From positions 1 through 33,423 of IMG/VR virus record IMGVR_UViG_3300006875_000077: DNA of 33,423 nucleotides. The stretch is one strand, 5' to 3'. Made by a program: the position numbers and the translations under genes. How positions within the stretch are numbered: position 1 is the stretch's first letter; every line of letters starts with the position of its first letter. Shown here in pieces: positions 28,539 through 33,423 of the stretch. The DNA comes from a virus (lineage: Duplodnaviria; Caudoviricetes). A model generated the notes under the pieces. It was not told where the DNA came from and did no database searches. It saw only the letters and a program-made list of their open reading frames with translations.

Positions 28539-28590
28539 CGGTTACCTCTTCCCCTGGGCAACCAGGGGTTTATGTAGCCCTCAACACCTG
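28536..28590 (+). ncRNA. Intergenic stem-loop family, copy A
   Basis: TGA-C-GGTTAC-ctctt-CCCCTGG-gcaa-CCAGGGG-tttat-GTAGCC-C-TCA-ACA. Confidence 0.65.
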
Positions 28591-28721
28591 TTTTTTCCCC
28601 ATGAAATGTCAGGATTTCCTCACATGCGAGGGGAATTGCGCTCTCTGGCGCTGTAGTTACATATAAGACGGTGGCGCAAAGTATAGCCACATAATATCCG
28701 ACGTTAGAGGTCGGGATTAAT

Positions 28722-28749
28722 CGGGGGCTGCGCATCCGCAACACGCAGA
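28722..28749 (+). repeat. 28-nt leader repeat copy 2
   Basis: CGGGGGCTGCGCATCCGCAACACGCAGA, 22 nt before the ATG at 28772. Confidence 0.85.
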
Positions 28750-28771
28750 ACATTCCATTGCAATTGACACC

Positions 28772-28942
28772 ATGACTTATTGGTTAGTTACAGCTGACGA
28801 AGGTGATTACACCATGAAGCGCCTCTTTGCCACACAGGAAGAAGCCTGTATGTGTGCATGGCGCTGGGAGGATGATTGTCTTGACAACATCCACATGGAG
28901 AAGGTAGAGCATCCTGCGTCATGGGATGACATTCCGTTCTGA
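28772..28942 (+). CDS. 56-aa acidic protein ending in an SSB-like tip, DDIPF (not in the ORF track)
   Basis: MTYWLVTADEGDYTMKRLFATQEEACMCAWRWEDDCLDNIHMEKVEHPASWDDIPF. Confidence 0.75.
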   Translation: MTYWLVTADEGDYTMKRLFATQEEACMCAWRWEDDCLDNIHMEKVEHPASWDDIPF

Positions 28943-28982
28943 GTACCAGGCGTGATGCCGGGGGATCGAATCCCCCACTCAG
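28939..28982 (+). ncRNA. tRNA-like mini-domain (acceptor-like stem plus T-arm), not a full tRNA
   Basis: CTGAGT/ACTCAG closing stem, GGC-GTGAT-GCC hairpin and GGGGG-ATCGAAT-CCCCC T-arm. Confidence 0.55.
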
Positions 28983-29026
28983 TATTGCCCTCAGCGGAGA
29001 TGGGCACCGCACAACAGGAGTTTCCT

Positions 29027-29101
29027 GTGATTACGATCATTGGTTTAATTCTTATAGCGCCTTGCGCTGTTGATTTAATCCGTAACAAACTTCGTAAGTG
29101 A
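29027..29101 (+). CDS. 24-aa hydrophobic peptide (not in the ORF track)
   Basis: AGGAG-N6-GTG, MITIIGLILIAPCAVDLIRNKLRK. The stop overlaps the next ATG (TGATG). Confidence 0.5.
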   Translation: MITIIGLILIAPCAVDLIRNKLRK

Positions 29102-29298
29102 TGTATTTCATTATTCTTAACGGTCAACAGTACCGTCAATACTCAGCTAATGAGTACCAAGAAGCTTTGGAAGAAGCTGCACAATTGGATCACATTTATA
29201 ACTCACCTGAGTTAAATGATGGGATCCAGGGACATAACGACATTCAGCTCCTCACCTTTGATGAGATGATGAAGTTGGACAGTACATTGGTACTCTGA
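29101..29298 (+). CDS. Hypothetical protein
   Basis: 65 aa from the ATG at 29101. Confidence 0.7.
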   Translation: MYFIILNGQQYRQYSANEYQEALEEAAQLDHIYNSPELNDGIQGHNDIQLLTFDEMMKLDSTLVL

Positions 29299-29347
29299 AT
29301 CCTGCTCTGGGGCCACACGGCCCCTCAACAGGACTCAACATCCTGTA
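29296..29347 (+). ncRNA. Intergenic stem-loop family, copy B
   Basis: TGAATCCTG...GGGGCC-acac-GGCCCC...CAGGACTCAACATCCTGTA. Confidence 0.75.
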
Positions 29348-29366
29348 TCCACCAGCTCAACTCAAC

Positions 29367-29597
29367 ATGTTTATTTATCAACCCACAGTCAATGCCACCG
29401 ACCGTGTTGTGTGGTATGGAGGTGAGTCTACTCAACTTCACTATGAACAACAGGTAGATGGATGGGACGGCAGTCCAGATTGGATTGATCGTTCCGTCCG
29501 TACTCTTGGAGGTGGCGTTCCACAGGGCGTGTCAGAACTACACACAGAACTTGTGGACTTTTATAACTATTGTCAAGTGGGTGCACTAAACACCTAG
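29367..29597 (+). CDS. Hypothetical protein
   Basis: 76-aa ATG ORF after a CA-rich leader. Confidence 0.75.
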   Translation: MFIYQPTVNATDRVVWYGGESTQLHYEQQVDGWDGSPDWIDRSVRTLGGGVPQGVSELHTELVDFYNYCQVGALNT

Positions 29598-29598
29598 A

Positions 29599-29657
29599 TT
29601 GAGTCCTGCATCAAGCCCTGAGCAATCAGGGTTTCTTGCAGGACTCAACATCCTGTA
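29599..29657 (+). ncRNA. Intergenic stem-loop family, copy C
   Basis: 12-bp outer stem TTGAGTCCTGCA/TGCAGGACTCAA, inner AAGCCCTGA-gcaa-TCAGGGTTT, then CATCCTGTA. Confidence 0.75.
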
Positions 29658-29679
29658 TTCCAAAGCTCAACACCACACC

Positions 29680-29862
29680 ATGACTGCATTACACATCAGG
29701 AAGAACATTGCTTCTGTATTGATTAACACTGCGGCAGCAGTAGAGAATGCCAATGTTAATGGCATCAAAGAGAAGCTGAACGAATACAGAATTCGTACAG
29801 CTGCACTCATCATGCCCAACGATATGGCATTCGTTATCACACCTAAGGAGAACATCAAGTGA
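29680..29862 (+). CDS. Hypothetical protein
   Basis: 60 aa from the ATG at 29680 (MTALHIRK...), after a CA-rich leader. Confidence 0.7.
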   Translation: MTALHIRKNIASVLINTAAAVENANVNGIKEKLNEYRIRTAALIMPNDMAFVITPKENIK

Positions 29863-30056
29863 ACAATCACTTCACACATGCTTGTCTTGCAATGGTCTTA
29901 GGTGTTGGTTCAGGCATACTTTTGTCTGTAGCAGGACAGAAGATGTTGAATCAACACACTATCAAGACCTGTCCCGGCAAACCTGGTCATCAACTTGTGA
30001 TGATTTCAGGGTTTGTTGGTGACGCATTTTATTGCATGGACAAGCGTTATATCTGA
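29859..30056 (+). CDS. Small membrane or secreted protein
   Basis: 65 aa with an N-terminal hydrophobic helix and a Cys pair in the C-terminal part. GTGA overlap with the upstream gene. Confidence 0.7.
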   Translation: MNNHFTHACLAMVLGVGSGILLSVAGQKMLNQHTIKTCPGKPGHQLVMISGFVGDAFYCMDKRYI

Positions 30057-30111
30057 CTCCTGCACTTTCCCATCGGCAACGATGGGTTTCTGCAGGACTC
30101 AATATCCTGCA
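30054..30111 (+). ncRNA. Intergenic stem-loop family, copy D
   Basis: TGA-C-TCCTGCA-cttt-CCCATCG-gcaa-CGATGGG-tttc-TGCAGGA-C-TCA-ATATCCTGCA. Confidence 0.75.
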
Positions 30112-30147
30112 CACATTCAATTTAATTCACACCACCAGGATTCAATC

Positions 30148-30387
30148 ATGACTCCTAAAGCTGTCGAATATTTGCTCACGCAAGATGCCCGCTTGCTTGC
30201 CAGGAGGGATGCCCCGATCATTGACCAAGATCTTGAGCAACAGCGTCAAGCTGCACTCGAAATCTTTTTTCAATGGCAGGATGGCATGCGTGAGTTTCAG
30301 GATCTTATTCCGTTCTGCATGGTGCTCCAACGACAGGTAAATCTCAACCGAGAGTTACTTAAGTGGGAGTACCAGCACGCAGACTGA
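30148..30387 (+). CDS. Hypothetical protein
   Basis: 79 aa from the ATG at 30148 (MTPKAVEYLL...). Confidence 0.7.
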   Translation: MTPKAVEYLLTQDARLLARRDAPIIDQDLEQQRQAALEIFFQWQDGMREFQDLIPFCMVLQRQVNLNRELLKWEYQHAD

Positions 30388-30438
30388 CTTCTGCACTGAG
30401 GGCCTTCGGGCCTTCTCTGCAGGACTCAATATCTTGCA
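30385..30438 (+). ncRNA. Intergenic stem-loop family, copy E
   Basis: TGA-C-TTCTGCA-ct-GAGGGCC-ttcg-GGCCTTC-tc-TGCAGGA-C-TCA-ATATCTTGCA. Confidence 0.75.
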
Positions 30439-30463
30439 CACCAATTACCCAACATCTCAACAG

Positions 30464-30616
30464 ATGCGCAAATTCATTGACAAGATCTTCTATGCATTGG
30501 GTTACATCCCAATAGCAGACTACGAGAAGGTTTGTTACCACCGTAAGAACCTTCAAGAACTGGTCATTAAGTACCAGGATGGAGAAATTCAACCTCAACG
30601 TGATTATTATCGATGA
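30464..30616 (+). CDS. Hypothetical protein
   Basis: 50 aa from the ATG at 30464. ATGA overlap with the next gene. Confidence 0.6.
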   Translation: MRKFIDKIFYALGYIPIADYEKVCYHRKNLQELVIKYQDGEIQPQRDYYR

Positions 30617-30822
30617 AACACACAGTACGCCTTAGCAAGAACCAGTACATCAATCTGGATTCTTACGGTGAGTCTGATAAGACTCGACGGATCAACAACC
30701 TGATGGTCGCGTTCCTCGCTGTACTCATCAGTGCTATCACTGTCCCAGCCATGCTGGGCATCGACATCACCTCACCCAACACCACAACTCAACATGAGCA
30801 TCCACATCGCACTCGTCACTGA
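30613..30822 (+). CDS. Small single-TM protein
   Basis: 69 aa with the hydrophobic helix LMVAFLAVLISAITVPAMLGI. Confidence 0.65.
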   Translation: MKHTVRLSKNQYINLDSYGESDKTRRINNLMVAFLAVLISAITVPAMLGIDITSPNTTTQHEHPHRTRH

Positions 30823-31021
30823 CGCATCCAGTCGTTACGCCCACGTTTGGGGCGAGGCTCCAAGCTGGGGCAAGTTCCTCAATCAACTCGAAGACGTTGG
30901 CTGCGAGGTGATCGAGGAACAAACAGAAGACTGGGAAGACAGTACGCAAGACGAGATCGCTGAAGACTGCTTGTCAGTCCATCAGCTGCTCAACGACACT
31001 GACTTCATACCCCACGACTAG
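30794..31021 (+). CDS. Small acidic protein
   Basis: 75 aa from the ATG at 30794 after CAACTCAAC. Asp/Glu-rich C-terminal half. Confidence 0.7.
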   Translation: MSIHIALVTDASSRYAHVWGEAPSWGKFLNQLEDVGCEVIEEQTEDWEDSTQDEIAEDCLSVHQLLNDTDFIPHD

Positions 31022-31105
31022 TGTCCTGTACCTGAACAATGGCTAGTGGTGGTACTTGCCACTTGGCTCACCGCCGCTAGCCTGCATACGATTCCAACTC
31101 AACCA

Positions 31106-31558
31106 ATGGAAGCACTCTCTCAACTCGACGTCCAATCACCTGATCATGTCAGCGTGATTACCAGGGATGGCAAGGTCACAATCTCTGTCGTCAAAGACGG
31201 AACATCAGTGACCCTTGGTTTTCCACTCAAGAACCAAGCCTTCAACACAACCCCCAGACCCCCTCTGCAGCAGCCGGTACCACAGGTGATGGCTGTTAAG
31301 GAAGCTAAGGATTCCACTGCAGAACAAATGGATCAACCAGTAAGTTCCAGGTGGATTAAACATTCACCCGTTGGTAACCGCAAGTTAACTTCATCGAAAG
31401 TGCGTCAGATCAGGGTTATCCTGAACGATGCGCAATTCATGAATGCATTTAATTCTAGGCAACAAGCTTACGAAGCAATTGCTGCTAAGTTCAACGTCAG
31501 TTACCACACGATCTCCAACATTCACAAAGGACTTGCGTGGAGGAACGTAAGTATCTGA
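31106..31558 (+). CDS. HTH DNA-binding protein with a homing-endonuclease-type C-terminal HTH and no nuclease domain
   Basis: 150 aa from the ATG at 31106: KLTSSKVRQIR...AYEAIAAKFNVSYHTISNIHKGLAWRNV. Confidence 0.75.
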   Translation: MEALSQLDVQSPDHVSVITRDGKVTISVVKDGTSVTLGFPLKNQAFNTTPRPPLQQPVPQVMAVKEAKDSTAEQMDQPVSSRWIKHSPVGNRKLTSSKVRQIRVILNDAQFMNAFNSRQQAYEAIAAKFNVSYHTISNIHKGLAWRNVSI

Positions 31559-31587
31559 CACCGCACTAGTACATAAGTACTACGACT

Positions 31588-31678
31588 GGACCTGGATACA
31601 CGCAGTGTGGATTCAATAGGATCAAAGAGTTATCTTTGCATTCCTTTGGATCCACCTACGGCGTCCTTAAACTGTCCA
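31588..31678 (+). ncRNA. Long intergenic hairpin with a possible pseudoknot
   Basis: GTGGATTCAA/TTGGATCCAC and CAAAGA-gtta-TCTTTG stems. GGAC/GTCC and TGGATA/TGTCCA pairings cross. Confidence 0.5.
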
Positions 31679-31700
31679 ATGCACCACTGCAATTCAACTC

Positions 31701-31898
31701 GTGAAAGACATTGATTTCATTGATGAACAACGCAACGCTGACTTGCTGGATGCAATGGCTGACATTGCATACGAACAAGAGCAAGCCATGCGTGAAAGCA
31801 ATCAATCTGACTGGGATGGTATCGAAGATATCAGCTCAGCAGAACGCAACGCCTGTGACCACTACAACGAAAGGTATGTAATCAATGACTACCGCTAA
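31701..31898 (+). CDS. Small acidic protein
   Basis: 65 aa, GTG start after CAACTC. Confidence 0.7.
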   Translation: MKDIDFIDEQRNADLLDAMADIAYEQEQAMRESNQSDWDGIEDISSAERNACDHYNERYVINDYR

Positions 31899-32316
31899 CT
31901 ACACACTGAAACAAGCATGGGAGGACGGTGACATCATCGTCATCCTGATCACCATCATTTCAATCATTATCACGGAGTTTGCATCATGTCTTACATCTCA
32001 AAACTCAAGAAGTTCTACCCCAGCACCTACAAAGCCCGTTACGCAATCAACGCCTACAACACACACAAGTACTTCGAACACGAAGATCCAACGGTCATCA
32101 CCATCCACGAAACCACGCTCAACTACGGTGGGCCTGAAGAAGGTGGATGGTGGTACGAAGCAGGATACCCAGTCCGAAGCCACTGTATCTTCTCCAAGAA
32201 GCAGGCGATCCAAACCTTCATCCAGTACTTCGAAGAGTACGAAATCGAAAGCCAGCCGTCTCTTGGAGATTCAACAACTTACTCCAACATCGACCTTAGC
32301 TTCTCCAACGCCTTAG
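31885..32316 (+). CDS. Putative single-TM protein whose Ser/Thr-rich tail overlaps the next gene
   Basis: 143 aa with the TM segment IIVILITIISIII. 331 nt overlap 31986-32354. Confidence 0.45.
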   Translation: MTTANYTLKQAWEDGDIIVILITIISIIITEFASCLTSQNSRSSTPAPTKPVTQSTPTTHTSTSNTKIQRSSPSTKPRSTTVGLKKVDGGTKQDTQSEATVSSPRSRRSKPSSSTSKSTKSKASRLLEIQQLTPTSTLASPTP

Positions 32317-32354
32317 CGGAACGCTATCCTAAGACCCGTCCACACTACTGCTGA
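31986..32354 (+). CDS. Hypothetical phage protein (YGGPEEGGWWY motif)
   Basis: 122 aa of normal globular composition. Confidence 0.8.
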   Translation: MSYISKLKKFYPSTYKARYAINAYNTHKYFEHEDPTVITIHETTLNYGGPEEGGWWYEAGYPVRSHCIFSKKQAIQTFIQYFEEYEIESQPSLGDSTTYSNIDLSFSNALAERYPKTRPHYC

Positions 32355-32372
32355 GCACGCACCCAGCACACT

Positions 32373-32693
32373 ATGCCATTAACCAAAGAACAGATCCGTG
32401 ATCAAGGTACTTTACGTTTAAGCATTACACAACGCAATCTTTACATGTATTACTTGAACTTCCGCAAGAAGTACAAGGACCAACCATGTTATGTCCCTAA
32501 AATGCCAATGCAATCAAGTCGGATCAAAGAATATCTGACTGCATTAAGAGCATTGGAGGACAAGAAGCTTATTATTGTGGATCGAAGTAATGTTCCTTAC
32601 ACCAAGTGGATCTTGAAAGATCCAGAGGAAGTATTGGCTGGCACAGAGAATGTGCCAATACATGCCAATACTTCAACGCCAAGTAAACAATAG
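32373..32693 (+). CDS. Possible winged-helix DNA-binding protein
   Basis: LSITQRNLY...YLTALRALEDKKLIIVDR resembles a LexA/MarR-type wHTH. Confidence 0.55.
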   Translation: MPLTKEQIRDQGTLRLSITQRNLYMYYLNFRKKYKDQPCYVPKMPMQSSRIKEYLTALRALEDKKLIIVDRSNVPYTKWILKDPEEVLAGTENVPIHANTSTPSKQ

Positions 32694-32765
32694 CGTTATA
32701 TCGTTATATTCCATGAGGCAATGTCGGATAACTACTGACCTGCCTCAACCACACAACACAACACC

Positions 32766-33098
32766 ATGGCTAAAACCAAATCAGCTTCAAGTAAATCACA
32801 GCCATCACCAGATTATCCTCAAGGCAAACACAATGTCACATGGCTTGACTTGGAAGAGGATGACTGGTGGCTAATCGCCAATATGTTTCATGGTCGTATT
32901 CAATATTTGACTCAGCGTTTAGCTGAAATCAAACGAACGAATGATCCTGACATTATTCACAACCAATCTGATTGGTATGTAGAATCAATCGAACGATTGA
33001 CTACAAGACTTGAAGAGTTTGAAAACCAGATTAGTCCTGTGTATTTCAAACGTAAGCGAGCAGAACATGCTGCTCGCAACAAACAACAGAACAAGTAA
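32766..33098 (+). CDS. Hypothetical coiled-coil protein
   Basis: 110-aa ATG ORF after a CA-rich leader. Confidence 0.75.
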   Translation: MAKTKSASSKSQPSPDYPQGKHNVTWLDLEEDDWWLIANMFHGRIQYLTQRLAEIKRTNDPDIIHNQSDWYVESIERLTTRLEEFENQISPVYFKRKRAEHAARNKQQNK

Positions 33099-33160
33099 TA
33101 CCTGGGCATCCGCAAGGTGTAAGTCCCAGGTTTAACACACAATCAACTTAACACAGACCC

Positions 33161-33423
33161 ATGGCACAAACTGAACTTCATTTTGAAGCAACTGTGTACC
33201 AACGTGTAGATGGTACAGAAGTTGTATATCAAATGTCCGATGACAAGCGCATTGACATGATCATCAATGAACTTAAAGCCATTTGCCAGCGAGAAGACAA
33301 ACGTCCAATGAAATACAGCCAACTCCCATGGGATGCTACCGAGAAAATCATGGAAGCTGTGTGCCTACTTGATGAAGCAACTGAGTGGCCTGAACCAACA
33401 GATGAGGATCTGTGTGGTGAGCC
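33161..33423 (+). CDS. Hypothetical protein, partial
   Basis: ATG at 33161, MAQTELHFEATVYQRVDG..., open to the window end. Confidence 0.75.
   Translation, partial: MAQTELHFEATVYQRVDGTEVVYQMSDDKRIDMIINELKAICQREDKRPMKYSQLPWDATEKIMEAVCLLDEATEWPEPTDEDLCGE

Noticed and set aside
28939-28982. Genuine tRNA gene
   Set aside because: Only 44 nt, with no D or anticodon arm and no CCA. Kept as tRNA-like only.
28536-30438. CRISPR array or integron attC cassette array
   Set aside because: Spacing is hundreds of bases with whole genes between. There are no constant-length repeats, no RYYYAAC/GTTRRRY boxes, and no cas or integrase gene in the window.
31885-32354. Rz/Rz1 spanin pair
   Set aside because: The inner ORF has no lipoprotein signal, the outer one lacks a coiled coil, and the locus is far from the lysis genes.
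28335-33142. Minus-strand ORFs in the early-type region
   Set aside because: They overlap a dense, coherent plus-strand gene set and have no initiation signals.

Overview
A 33.4-kb piece of a tailed dsDNA phage genome. A cyanobacterial host is an inference from intron motifs and promoter style. Bases 1-27642 are a minus-strand virion module: a 930-aa protein and a run of Gly/Ala/Gln-rich putative internal proteins, then terminase, portal, scaffold, major capsid protein (MCP), head-associated proteins, two peptidoglycan hydrolases and a collagen-like fibre. No tape measure, tail tube or sheath is recognisable. Bases 27765-33423 are a plus-strand region of tiny early-type ORFs separated by structured intergenic elements. 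Main observations: (1) the MCP gene is split after codon 4 by an 824-nt group I intron (11210-12033) whose P1 loop holds an HNH endonuclease on the opposite strand with its own predicted promoter; (2) five covarying stem-loops, most beginning at the upstream stop codon, punctuate the early region, alongside a tRNA-like mini-domain, a duplicated pseudoknot leader and a second motif shared between both arms; (3) a circularly permuted M23 peptidase shares a C-terminal tag with the lambda-type lysozyme; (4) an unannotated 56-aa protein ends in the SSB tip DDIPF; (5) there are several long dual-coding overlaps. All calls come from reading the sequence by eye; no database search was run.
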